Origin: Macrostomum lignano | Taxonomy: Eukaryota | Length of the DNA: 37,934 nucleotides | Assembly (NCBI GenBank): GCA_002269645.1 | Contig: NIVC01004690.1 | Span: 1-37,934 of the forward strand | Direction: 5' to 3' | In this document: positions 22,558 to 34,110 of the stretch, piece after piece | Layout of the letters: each line of letters starts with the position of its first letter | Position numbering within the stretch: the first letter of the stretch is position 1 | The notes under the pieces: generated by a model | Database searches by the model: none | The model's input: the letters and a program-made list of their open reading frames with translations, nothing else | Told to the model about the DNA's origin: nothing | Translations under genes and position numbers: made by a program

Positions 22558-25500
22558 ATGCCGATTCCGCCTAAGGCACCGACAATCCTGGTGTCGGCGG
22601 TGACTCACCAGTCCATCGAGCTCAGCTGGGAGCCGTTCTACGCCAAGCTCAGCGCCGCCCTTGGCCCAGACGACGGCAAACTGAAGGTGGAGGTGCAGCT
22701 GCGAAAGGGCGACGCCTGGGACATGGTCTACCGCGGCTTCGACACCAAGTGCACCTGCCGGGGCCTGCAGGACAGCGAGAACTACTACGCCAGATTCCGG
22801 TTCGGCAACAACAGCGGCTGGGGCGACTTCTCGGAGGAGAAGCAGGTGAAAACCGAACGGAAGCCGTTCACTGGCGAGGACGTGCACCGCTACCTGCGCC
22901 GGCAGGACGAGTTCGAGCTGCGCCGGGTGCTGCAGACCGGCGAGGTCAGCGCCGACACGCCGGATGAGAAAGGCTTCAGCCCGCTGATGCACGCCGCTCT
23001 GGCTAGCCGGGCCATCCTGTGCGAGCTGCTGCTCGAGTTCGGAGCCGACGTCAACTGGTGCGGCGAGAGCGGTGAGTGAGCGGCAGACGCAAACACATTT
23101 CTTTGGGACTTGTGCACCAAAACTTGGCCTTGGGGGGGGGAGGGGTTGTCGTGCGATTCACAGCCATGAGGGCCAGCCCCCAAGGCGCAGAGAGTGTGCA
23201 TGTCTGACGATGAGAAAGTCAGGGCCGCTGTGCACCCTGCGTGAGCGTGTTGGCGCGCTTGCATGTGCTCAGGAGTCAGCGGAACGGGCAGTTGCCTCAG
23301 CGCTGGTTGTGGGACGGTGTCGCACACGCATAATTAATAATAATTGTGTACACCTGCCCTAACGGCTAGATGTGCAACCGACAGCTCAGTCGCAGCTATT
23401 GCGCGGCGCATCTGAAGGCTGCGTACGGCTGTTCAGTCCAAGGACTGGGGGGGGGGTCTCCACACACACTTTCAACTACCCCAGCTAGTGCTGGCACCCA
23501 TTTTACAGCTGGGTGAACTGAAGCAATGCAGAGTTAAGCGTCTTGCTCAAGGACACAAATTGTTCCGAGTGAGTTAAAAATCGAACCCCCGACCTTCAAG
23601 TCGTGAGTCCGACGCTCTGACCGCTAGGCTGCAACCCGCACACGCATCATGCACTAGAAGCAGGCTCATACGCTTGGTGAGGCGCTCCTGAGTGAAAGTA
23701 AACAGTTAGATTAGTGCACACAGATGAGGTGGCTTATAACTTTTGGCTTACAACCGCGAAGCCGTGAATGTGAACGTTGAGTGCTTCTTCATCTGAAAAG
23801 TTTGCTTTCTCTCCTGGATTCTAGGGAATTTTCCCCGTGGAAAGAAACAATTGCTAGCAACTCAATTCTTTGGCAATTAGCTCCTCCTCAGCCCGTCGTA
23901 GACAATGCGAGCGATGTAACGACAGGACAGCTTCCCTACCTGTGCTTCATCAATTTCCAATGCCAGCAAACTTCATAGTCTTTCTGGCTCTCAGCTGCAG
24001 CCACTGCAGCCCTCCAGTTTTTCAACTGCCTGGCGACAAAACGACGCTACGGCCTCTCTTCCAGCAAACTGGCCGCCTGCAGTGGGGGCTGCTTTTTTGT
24101 TTTATTGTGTCTACCAGTCTGTTGGAGTGGCTGTTGGCAACTGCAGCTGATGAGGGGGAGGGCTTCCCGGCGCTATGATGCCCCCCCCAAGACCCAGCCT
24201 CCGACCCCCGCTGGGGTCTGACATCCTCTGTGAGCGTGGGCTGGCCCTGCTGGTTGGACTGCGGAGGAGGCAGCTGAGCCTCACTGTCCCGCTGTCCTTG
24301 TCTCACCGCTCCTGCCCCATCCTCTCCTCCCTGTACTCAAGCTTGAGTCTGCTGCTTGAGTCCCACTCTTCTGGCCAGCATCCCGACTTCCCTGCCCCGC
24401 TTCCGACTCTTTATCTGGTGTTGCTCTTCCTGTATTCGGATGTTGAATGATGTTGCCTTTTTTGTTGCGTTCAGCACCTGTCCATTCTGTGACTGCGACT
24501 GTTGCTTTCTGCCGGCTTTCTTCTGGTCTCTCTCCTCTTCTCTCTTTCCCTGTCTGTTTGCCTCTCTCTTCTCTTTCTCTGATCTCTCTCCTCTCTTCTC
24601 TCTTCTCTCTTCTCTCTTTTCTCTCCTCTCCTCTCTTCTCTTCTCTCTTCTCTTTTATCTCTTCTCTCTCTTCTTTTCTCTATTCTCTTCTCTATCCTCG
24701 CTTCCACTCTTCTTGCTCTCCCCTCTCTACATCACCTAAATTCCAAAGTTTGCTTAACGCCACTCTTTCCTTTTTTAGTCTAGCAACCAACCCGAGGCTC
24801 TCAAAGCATTCCCCTACGCGAGAGGTCGCAGCGAATTCAGTTCCCAGCCAAATGATTATCCTTCTGGCTCTTCGCAAGCGCTTCAGTGCCGCTGAAAAAT
24901 CCACAGAATTCAAGGCATCTCGCCTAGGTGAATTGATTGACAGGTTGGAAAGTAAAAACTGAAATTCTACATGCATTAATGAGTTGTAATTTGGAAATTC
25001 GAGCAGACTTGGAATTAAAATGCTCTGCTAAGATGAATAGGTAATCTTGCGCTAGTATGGCTTGGAAATCATTGGTTAGAAAACTGAATGAGACGGTACG
25101 CTGGGCTTCTGGTACTTAAACGCATGTGAGCTGACTTTGAGAAGAGAAGTGCTGTTCTGAGAAGAGCCGTCGGTATGACACTGGAGTGACTCACAACCAC
25201 AGAGATGAGCGAAACTGGAGTGACTCACAACCACAGAGATGAGTGACACTGGAGTGACTCAACCACAGAGATGAGTGACACTGGAGTGACTCACAACCAC
25301 AGAGATGAGTGACACTGGAGTGACTCATAACCACAGAGATGAGCGACACTGGAGTGACTCATAACCACAGAGATGAGTGACACTGGAGTGACTCACAACC
25401 ACAGAGATGAGTGACACTAGAGTGACTCAACCACAGAGATGAGTGACACTGGAGTGACTCATAACCACAGAGATGAGCGACACTGGAGTGACTCATAACC

Positions 25501-28025
25501 ACAGAGATGACTGACACTGGAGTGACTCACAACCACAGAGATGAGCGACACTGGAGTGACTCATAACCACAGAGATGAGCGACACTGGAGTGACTCACAA
25601 CCACAGAGATGAGCGACACTGGAGTGACTCATAACCACAGAGATGACTGACACTGGAGTGACTCATAACCACAGAGATGAGCGACACTGGAGTGACTCAT
25701 AACCACAGAGATGAGTGACACTGGAGTGACTCACAACCACAGAGATGAGTGACACTGGAGTGACTCATAACCACAGTGATGACTGACACTGGAGTGACTC
25801 ATAACCACAGAGATGAGTGACACTGGAGTGACTCATAACCACAGAGATGACTGACACTGGAGTGACTCACAACCACAGAGATGAGTGACACTGGAGTGAC
25901 TCATAACCACAGAGATGAGTGACACTGGAGTGACTCATAACCACAGAGATGACTGACACTGGAGTGACTCACAGCTACAGAGATGAGTGACACTGGAGTG
26001 ACTCACAGCTACAGAGATGAGTGACACTGGAGTGACTCACAACCACAGAGATGAGCGACACTGGAGTGACTCACAACCACAGAGATGAGCGACACTGGAG
26101 TGACTCATAACCACAGAGATGAGCGACACTGCAGTGGCTCATAACCACAGAGATGAGTGACACTGGAGTGACTCACAACCACAGAGATGAGTGACACTGG
26201 AGTGACTCATAACCACAGAGATGACTGACACTGGAGTGACTCATAACCACAGAGATGACTGACACTGGAGTGACTCATAACCACAGAGATGACTGACACT
26301 GGAGTGACTCACAACTACAGAGATGAGTGACACTGGAGTGACTCATAACCACAGAGATGAGCGACACTGGAGTGACTCACAACCACAGAGATGAGCGACA
26401 CTGGTTTGACTCATAACCACAGAGATGAGCGACACTGCAGTGGCTCATAACCACAGAGATGAGTGACACTGGAGTGACTCACAACCACAGAGATGAGTGA
26501 CACTGGAGTGGCTCATAACCACAGAGATGACTGACACTGGAGTGACTCATAACCACAGAGATGACTGACACTGGAGTGACTCATAACCACAGAGATGAGT
26601 GACACTGGAGTGACTCACAACCACAGAGATGAGCGACACTGGAGTGACTCATAACCACAGAGATGACTGACACTGGAGTGACTCACAACCACAGAGATGA
26701 GCGACACTGGAGTGACTCATAACCACAGAGATGAGTGACACTGGAGTGACTCACAACCACAGAGATGAGCGACACTGGAGTGACTCATAACCACAGTGAT
26801 GACTGACACTGGAGTGACTCATAACCACAGAGATGAGTGACACTGGAGTGACTCATAACCACAGAGATGAGTGACACTGGAGTGACTCACAACCACAGAG
26901 ATGAGTGACACTGGAGTGACTCATAACCACAGAGATGACTGACACTGGAGTGACTCATAACCACAGAGATGACTGACACTGGAGTGACTCACAACTACAG
27001 AGATGAGTGACACTGGAGTGACTCACAACCACAGAGATGAGTGACACTGGAGTGACTCACAACCACAGAGATGAGTGACACTGGAGTGACTCATAACCAC
27101 AGAGATGAGTGACACTGGAGTGACTCATAATCACAGAGATGACTGACACTGGAGTGACTCACAACTACAGAGATGTGACACTGGAGTGACTCACAACTAC
27201 AGAGATGACTGACACTGGAGTGACTCATAACCACAGAGATGACTGACACTGGAGTGACTCACAACTACAGAGATGAGTGACACTGGAGTGACTCACAACT
27301 ACAGAGATGTGACACTGGAGTGACTCACAACTACAGAGATGACTGACACTGGAGTGACTCATAACCACAGAGATGACTGACACTGGAGTGACTCACAACT
27401 ACAGAGATGAGTGACACTGGAGTGACTCACAACCACAGAGATGAGTGACACTGGTGTATCCAAAGGCATAAGCCACTCTGAACCGTTGTCAGCAATGGCA
27501 CCAATTCACCACCACAACGCCGCAGGCAAGACCGCCCTCATGCTGGTGGCCTACAAGGGCATCCAGGACAGCGTGGAGTTCCTGCTCGACCGCGGCGCCT
27601 CAGTGCAGCAGCGCGATCGCAAGGGCATGTCGGCTCTGCACTACGCCGTTGACGGCGAGAAGGTCGATGTCATCAAGGCGCTGCTCGCCCACGGCGCTGA
27701 CGTCGCCAGCCGGGACACGACCGGCTGCAGCCCGCTGGTCCGCTGCGCCATGCTGAAGAACAACGGCAACGCCAACGTCGCCAAAGTACTGCTGGGCGCC
27801 GGCGCCAATCCCGACGACTCCGACGACACGAGGCAGTGCGCGCTGTTTTACTGCACCCTGCACCGGCACGCCAAGATGGCGGAGCTGCTGCTGGAGGCCG
27901 GCGCGGACCCGAGGGCTCAGACAGAGTCGGGCGTGACGGCCATGTCGGTGGCCGAGGGCCAGGACAGTCGCGTGATGCGCACCCTGCTGGAGAAGTACAT
28001 CGAGAAGCGGAAGCGGGCGCAATGA
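22558..28025 (+). CDS. FANK1: Fibronectin type III and ankyrin repeat domain protein 1, 337 aa (exons 22558-23071, 27526-28025)
   Basis: FN3 motif VTHQSIELSW...VYRG, then ankyrin repeats GFSPLMHAA, GKTALMLVAYKG, GMSALHYAVDG, GCSPLVRCA. Donor AGCG|gtgagt and acceptor ccgcag|GC are both phase 1 and give ESG-KTALML. Intron is 4454 bp. Confidence 0.92.
23120..23345 (+). mobile_element. SINE body (5'-truncated), same family as 28229-28601
   Basis: GAGGGCCAGCCCCCAAGGCGCAG...GCCGCTGTGCACCCTG..., ending in a TAATTAATAATAA tail. Confidence 0.75.
23365..23636 (-). mobile_element. tRNA-derived CORE-type SINE
   Basis: Minus-strand head GCAGCCTAGCGGTCAGAGCG...GGTTCGATT, then GTGTCCTTGAGCAAGACGCTTAAC...CAGTTCACCCAGCTGTAAAATGGG, which resembles the MIR/CORE consensus. 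Confidence 0.75.
24520..24735. repeat. (CT)-rich low-complexity tract
   Basis: TCTC/TTCTC runs. Confidence 0.85.
25177..27452. repeat. 34-bp intronic satellite, about 67 copies
   Basis: Unit GACACTGGAGTGACTCA(C/T)AACCACAGAGATGA(G/C)(T/C). Confidence 0.97.
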
Positions 28026-28228
28026 CCCCTTGATACGAGCTATTGCATATAAAAATATCGATTCTCGAAATCAAATATTGAAAAGTTCATATTGCGTATA
28101 TTCTTACGAGTCCGTTACCGTCGCAAGGTTGAGCCTGGAGATGTTTGTGTAACATAGGGCGCTTTCGAGTAGCTGCTAATGTGTTACTGTTTTATTTTAA
28201 TACTGATTGACAATTAAGAACTTAATCA

Positions 28229-28601
28229 AGGGGGGGCGTAGCCCAGCGGTAGCGCAGCTGCTCTGGTGTGCCAGCGACCCAGGCTCGATTCCAAGTGCAG
28301 TCACATTAATTTGGGGCTGAATTGGAATCTCGGCTTGGCTCTGCTCGTGCAATTAACGGCCTTGAGAGCCAACCCCCCAAGGCGCAGTGAAGTGTACATG
28401 CCTAACGATAAAATAACATGCCTAACGGGCCGCTGTACACTCCTGTGTGAGTGTGTGCCTGCGTACGTATCCGCGCGCTTGTATGCCTGTTCAGGGGAGT
28501 CGGCGGAATGGGCAGTAATGCCTCTCGCCGGTTGTGTGACAATGTCGCTTAAAGTGCGCCAGGGTGCACACAACCCCCCTGCCTCTAATAAAATAATAAT
28601 A
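28229..28601 (+). mobile_element. Full-length tRNA-derived SINE with TSD
   Basis: Head GGGCGTAGCCCAGCGGTAG (A box) and GGCTCGATTCC (B-box-like); A-rich tail AATAAAATAATAAT; 13-bp direct repeat AAGAACTTAATCA at 28216-28228 and 28602-28614. Confidence 0.9.
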
Positions 28602-28979
28602 AAGAACTTAATCACAAGCATGGATCACTGCTGCTATCCATAAAGGCTTTGATAGTACAGAGGCTACTCGATCGCGCCCTAGATCTCATTTTAATTTGCT
28701 CTTTATAACCAAGCACAGGGATGTATTTCGATGACGTGGAACTGAATTTTCTGGAACTGTGTCTATGGTCGAATTGGGCAGTTATGGCCATAGACAGTTG
28801 GGCATTGGGGACAGAAAGTTTTGCAGGAACTTCGGCTAATTTTGCCAAAATTCATGCAAACATTCCAGCTCTGTTATATTTGATACTGTTGAATTGTGAC
28901 TAAGTGACCTCCGATCTGCAAGATTTTGCCCTTGAAATATCTAGAATTAAAATTTCAGCCATATCTATGAATTCTCAGT

Positions 28980-29100
28980 TAACGAATAATTTCCCATAGG
29001 TTAATCCATCAGTCCGTTTGTCATCCCATAATTCAAGCACAATGCCGAGGTACTTTACGATCTAGATGTCAATATAAAGTAAGATACCCTTTTCACTTTT
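28980..29100 (-). pseudogene. Possible decayed LINE reverse-transcriptase fragment
   Basis: One minus frame reads IVKYLGIVL, like the KYLG(V/I)xLD motif of non-LTR RTs. It has adjacent stops and no other motif is clear. Confidence 0.25.
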
Positions 29101-29657
29101 CAATGCAACCATACTGATGTCACCTGACTAAGCACACTCATACTTGATACTCAGAAAAACCGAAACCTATGCTTTAAATACAGTTTTGCTGTAATTTACT
29201 GCTTAGCTACTTTCAGTAGCCAATAAGTGCACGGTTGCCCGACCCAGCAACAAAAAAGCAAAAGTGTAAAACTAAACCGTCGAAAGATGACTGACTGACA
29301 AACAGAATATGACTGGGAAAGCAGAAGCAAACACAAATTACAGAAAGGACACCGGGACACCCTGCGGCTGTGGAGACTGGCAGACCGCAGACAGACAGCA
29401 GAGGGTGAGGGGGGGGCAGCAGCTCCAGCTGGCAGTGCAAATATGAAACGAATCTATGAGGCCAGCTTCTCATGATAGGCCAGCAACCAAACACTGCTCT
29501 GCACTCGTGCTGCGCGTGAGAGCCATGCAGAGCCCTCAGCCCGCAAACAGAGCCCGCCACTTGCAGTGCGATCTGCACAGAGTTAAAAGGGCAAACACCA
29601 GCTCGATGGGAGGGAAGGTGCAGCTTAGCGAAGTTCGACCCGGTTTCTGCCCAGGCA

Positions 29658-31892
29658 ATGTCGTCGGCCTTAGCGAGCGCTCGCAGCCGCCGCAGTCGCA
29701 GCGCCTCGGCCTTGGCCTCGCGTCAACGTCGTCGAGTCTTTGAAATCCGGCGAGACGAATCAACAGGCGGCGGCGTGGATAGCGCAGACCGACGCGGCGA
29801 CAAAGGAGGCCCCTCAGAGTCCGCCACGGTGGAGACGGGCAGCGCGCGCTACCGACTGGCAGCGCAGATCGGCGAGGGCGCCTTCGGTCGGACCTACCTG
29901 GCCAGCCGGCTCTCCGCCAAGGACGACACCGCCAACAGCCGCAGACACCGCCAGGTGGTCATCAAGGCGATGAAATTGCCGGATCGCGACGATGGACTTG
30001 GCGGCGGATTCGATCTGCACCGGCGCAGCCTGGCCTCCATGGACATTGTGCGGAGCATCGCCCACGCCGACACCTGCCAGCACCCGTTCATCGCCAAGCT
30101 GCTGGATTGGCGCTTTGCCCTGCGGCCGGACGAGGCCCCGCTGGAGGTGTACGAGTATTGCCAGGCCGGCGACGCCCTCGGGCTGCTGGATCACGTGGGC
30201 GCCGCCGACGAACCGCATAGAGAGGCCGTCAACCTGCAGGTCCACGTGCTCTACTTGGGAGTGCAGGTTCGCCTTCTACTCCTGTCTCTCCCTCAAACTC
30301 CTGTCTGTCCCCCAAACTCCTGTCTCTCCCTCAAACTCCTGTCTCTCCCCCAAACTCCTGTCTCTCCCCCAAACTCCTGTCTCTCCCTCAAACTCCTGTC
30401 TCTCCCCCAAACTCCTGTCTCTCCCTCAAACTCCTGTCTCTCCCTCAAACTCCTGTCTCTCCTCAAACTTCTGTCTCTCCCTCAAACTCCTGTCTCTCCC
30501 TCAAACTCCTGTCTCTCCCTCAAACTCCTGTCTCTCCCTCAAACTCCTGTCTCTCCCCCAAACTCCTGTCTCTCCCCCAAACTCCTGTCTCTCCCTCAAA
30601 CTCCTGTCTCTCCCTCAAACTTCTGTCTCTCCCTCAAACTCCTGTCTCTCCCCCAAACTCCTGTCTCTCCCCCAAACTCCTGTCTCTCCCCCAAACTCCT
30701 GTCTCTCCCCCAAACTCCTGTCTCTCCCTCAAACTCCTGTCTCTCCCCCAAACTCCTGTCTCTCCCCCAAACTCCTGTCTCTCCCTCACACTCCTGTCTC
30801 TCCCTCAAACTCCTGTCTCTCCCTCAAACTCCTGTCTCTCCCCCAAACTCCTGTCTCTCCCCCAAACTCCTGTCTCTCCCTCACACTCCTGTCTCTCCCT
30901 CAAACTCCTGTCTCTCCCCCAAACTCCTGTCTCTCCCCCAAACTCCTGTCTCTCCCCCAAACTCCTGTCTCTCCCCCAAACTCCTGTCTCTCCCCCAAAC
31001 TCCTGTCTCTCCCTCACACTCCTGTCTCTCCCTCAAACTCCTGTCTCTCCCTCAAACTCCTGTCTCTCCCTCAAACTCCTGTCTCTCCCTCAAACTCCTG
31101 TCTCTCCCTCAAACTCCTGTCTCTCCCTCACACTCCTGTCTCTCCCTCAAACTCCTGTCTCTCCCTTCGCCCTAGGTGGCGGAGGCCATCAGCTACCTGC
31201 ACGAGAGCGGCTTCATTCACTTTGATTTGAAGCTGGACAATGTCTTTATCGACGCTCTCGGAGACGCGAAATTGGGCGACTTCGGCCTCGCCCAGCCCTG
31301 CAGACTGGGCGGCCGCCTGCGAAATCCCTACAGCTACTGGCGCTCCTGCCGCGACGCCGCCTCGTTCACCGCCGTCCGCTGGGTGCCGCCGGAGCAGCTG
31401 ACTGAGTCGTCGGCAACTCTAGTGGACCACACGGTGGACTGGTTCAGCCTGGGCGCCCTGCTCTTCCACCTGGCCTACAGGCGGCTGCCCTTCGAGGAGC
31501 ACCGAACTCGAGCCCTAGCCGGCGTCGACGATCTCGACGACGATGGAGCCGGAAAAGAAGAGGACGACAATATTAGGAAGAAGCGTCGCTACCTACGACT
31601 TTGGCGGGCCGAGCCGCGACCCCGGGTCGACGAGCGGCCCAAACTGAACCAGAGATTCAAGAACCTGCTGTACAACCTGCTGGCGCACGATCCCAGCCGT
31701 CGCCTCGGCGGCTGCGACGCCGTGTTCCAACATTTGCACCGACTTTGCAGCGCCCTCCAGCTAGGCTGGTTCGACTCGGCCTCTTGCGACGATGTGGACA
31801 GAATGCGCCGTCTGGTGCGCAGCCGCGCCATCAGCCGGCCCTACCGGCTGCGCCTCGTGCAGATCGGCGCCGCGGTGGGAGAATCTCGCTGA
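29658..31892 (+). CDS. Atypical non-RD Ser/Thr protein kinase, 441 aa (exons 29658-30266, 31176-31892)
   Basis: Motifs IGEGAFGRTY, VVIK, HFDLKLDN, DFGLAQ, WVPPE, DWFSLG and LLAHDPSRRLG. Donor CAG|gttcgc and acceptor ccctag|GTG are phase 0 and give LYLGVQ-VAEAISYLH. Confidence 0.9.
30277..31165. repeat. 19-bp pyrimidine-rich minisatellite filling the kinase intron, about 46 copies
   Basis: Unit CAAACTCCTGTCTCTCCC(C/T). Confidence 0.97.
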
Positions 31893-32050
31893 GAATCTCA
31901 TCGAGTGATGACGCCACTCAGACTCTCATTAAGAATCTCGCTGAGAATCTCATCGAGTGATGACGCCACTCAGACTCTCATTAAGAATCTCGCTGAGAAT
32001 CTCATCGAGTGATGACGCCACTCAGACTCTCATTAAGAATCTCGCTGAAA
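31879..32050. repeat. 52-bp tandem repeat (3+ copies) overlapping the kinase stop codon
   Basis: GAATCTCGCTGAGAATCTCATCGAGTGATGACGCCACTCAGACTCTCATTAA at 31881, 31933 and 31985, then decaying GAGAATCTCA motifs to about 32170. Confidence 0.92.
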
Positions 32051-32467
32051 ATCTTCTTCAGAAACCTACTGAGAATTCAATTAAGAATGCTACTAAAAAC
32101 TTTCTGGGAATCTCACTGAGAATCTTAATGAAAATTTGAATGAGAAAATCAATGAGAATCTCACTAAGAACCTTTTGAAGGCCATTTATGAGGATTTGAC
32201 AGACCTCAATTAGGGTTAGCGAGCTTCAGAAAAAAGCAACTCAAAAAGCGTCTGATGTAGCAAATTTTATACATGTTTTCCCAAATCCGACAATCAAAAA
32301 ACATCAAAGCTATGATAACAATCGGCCTTCAAAAGCAACCCACATCTGTTCATTTTCTGTGTTCTGGGGTCCAGTTAGTTGCATGACGGCCAAAGCAAAG
32401 AACAGCAACAGCCGCTAGTGCCAGGCGGTCATGGGCGGGCAGATCCTTCGATTCCTTGGTTTCTGCA

Positions 32468-32820
32468 TAATTTTTGTTTGAGTTTAGTCAGTCGGAGACA
32501 GGGGGGGGGCTGTGTGCACCCTGGCGCACTTTAAGCGACATTGTCACACAACCGGCGAGAGGCATTGCTGCCCATTCCACCGACTCCCCTGATGCACACA
32601 AGCGCGCGGATACGTACGCAGTCATACGCACAGGCACACACTCACACAAGAGTGTACAGCGGCCCTAACTTTATTTATAGTTGGACATGTACACTTCATT
32701 GCTTGTGCAGTGCCAAGCCGAGATTCAAATTTAGCCCCAAATTAATCTGACAGCACTTGGAATCGAGCCTGGGCCGCTGGCACATCAGAGCGCCGCGCCA
32801 GACCACTGGGCTACGGCCTC
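32468..32820 (-). mobile_element. Full-length SINE, same family as 28229-28601
   Basis: Minus-strand head GGCCGTAGCCCAGTGG...GGCTCGATTCCAAGTGC...TTAATTTGGGGCT; the body aligns with the 28229 copy. Confidence 0.88.
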
Positions 32821-33109
32821 TGTTTCTGTACAGTAACTTAAATGTTTTTAATATACGGTAACATTTTTTGTTTTTTTTCAAGCGCCATTCGATTTTTAAA
32901 GTGTAACAGGCTTGTATTTTGTGATGGATAAATCTTATAAAATAAACTTGTAGTCTCTCGTACACGTACTCGCAACCTCCGAATACTTTTTTGACTACTT
33001 TTAATGTTAACGCACTATGTGTGATTTTTAGAAACCTACATGTACAGATTCGCTTCTATTAGTATTTTTTTAATTTAGCACTACAGCCAATTTGTTGGCT
33101 TGGATCAGG

Positions 33110-33322
33110 AGCTTTGGGCGCTGCCACAGATCAAGGCGACAGCTGGCCCGCAGCCAGCGAGCAAGCAAGCAGTCAGGCCCATTCCGCTGGCACCTGAGCA
33201 CACGCAGGCTCACGGATACGTTTGCAGGCACACGCCCACACAGGGTGTACAGCAGCCCTGACTTTCGCATCGAAGGGCGTCGTGTACACTCTCTCTGTGA
33301 CTTGAGGATTGGCCTTCATGAT
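33110..33322 (-). mobile_element. SINE body fragment, same family
   Basis: Minus strand GAAAGTCAGGGCTGCTGTACACCCTG...CTCAGG...AGCGGAATGGGC. Confidence 0.7.
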
Positions 33323-33327
33323 GTACA

Positions 33328-33706
33328 ACGAACTCGGGTTGCAACGAACTCAGGTTGCAAAGAACTCGGGTTGCAACGAACTCAGGTTGCAAAGAACTCA
33401 GGTTGCAAAGAACTCGGGTTGCAAAGAACTCGGGTTGCAAAGAACTCGGGTTGCAAAGAACTCAGGTTGCAAAGAACTCGGGTTGCAACGAACTCAGGTT
33501 GCAAAAAACTCAGGTTGCAAAGAACTCGGGTTGCAAAGAACTCGGGTTGCAAAGAACTCAGGTTGCAAAGAACTCGGGTTGCAACGAACTCAGGTTGCAA
33601 AGAACTCAGGTTGCAACGAACTCAGGTTGCAAAGAACTCAGGTTGCAAAGAACACAGGTTGCAAAGAACTCGGGTTGCAAAGAACTCGGGTTGCAACGAA
33701 CTCGGG
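33328..33706. repeat. 16-bp minisatellite, about 24 copies
   Basis: Unit GAACTC(G/A)GGTTGCAA(A/C). Confidence 0.97.
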
Positions 33707-34110
33707 TTAACAAAGGGCCTGTCATTTCGAGTTCGACAAAAATGTATTAGTCGGATCTCTTTGCCTTAATTTAGCTTCACTGACAGCTCTGACTCATGAA
33801 AGTTTTTTAATCGGACTGACACATTAGAAAGTTGATTACTGTACTGAAAAAGCGTTTCAATAGTTGCCATGGAAGCTCTTATCTCAGTGTGTCGAAGCTA
33901 ACTCAATTGATTTAAGTAAAGCAAAATCTAGCAGATCTCAACTTTAGGCTGCTCCGAATTTCAGATATCTTATCGCCCACTACAGGGGGGGGGGGTGGGT
34001 CAGAGACCCTTGAATTGCACTATTTAACCACTAGCGGACTGCAGCAGTACCAATGTTAAACAAAATCTGAATCCAATAATTGCTAATTCACCTGGGAAAG
34101 ATCATTAATT

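Noticed and set aside
29658-31175. 505-aa single ORF as the kinase
   Set aside because: Its second half is the intronic array; splicing restores the kinase motifs.
33863-33876. X-box-like GTTGCCATGGAAGC upstream of the Ly6-like gene
   Set aside because: A single 12/14 match; not distinguishable from chance without conservation data.
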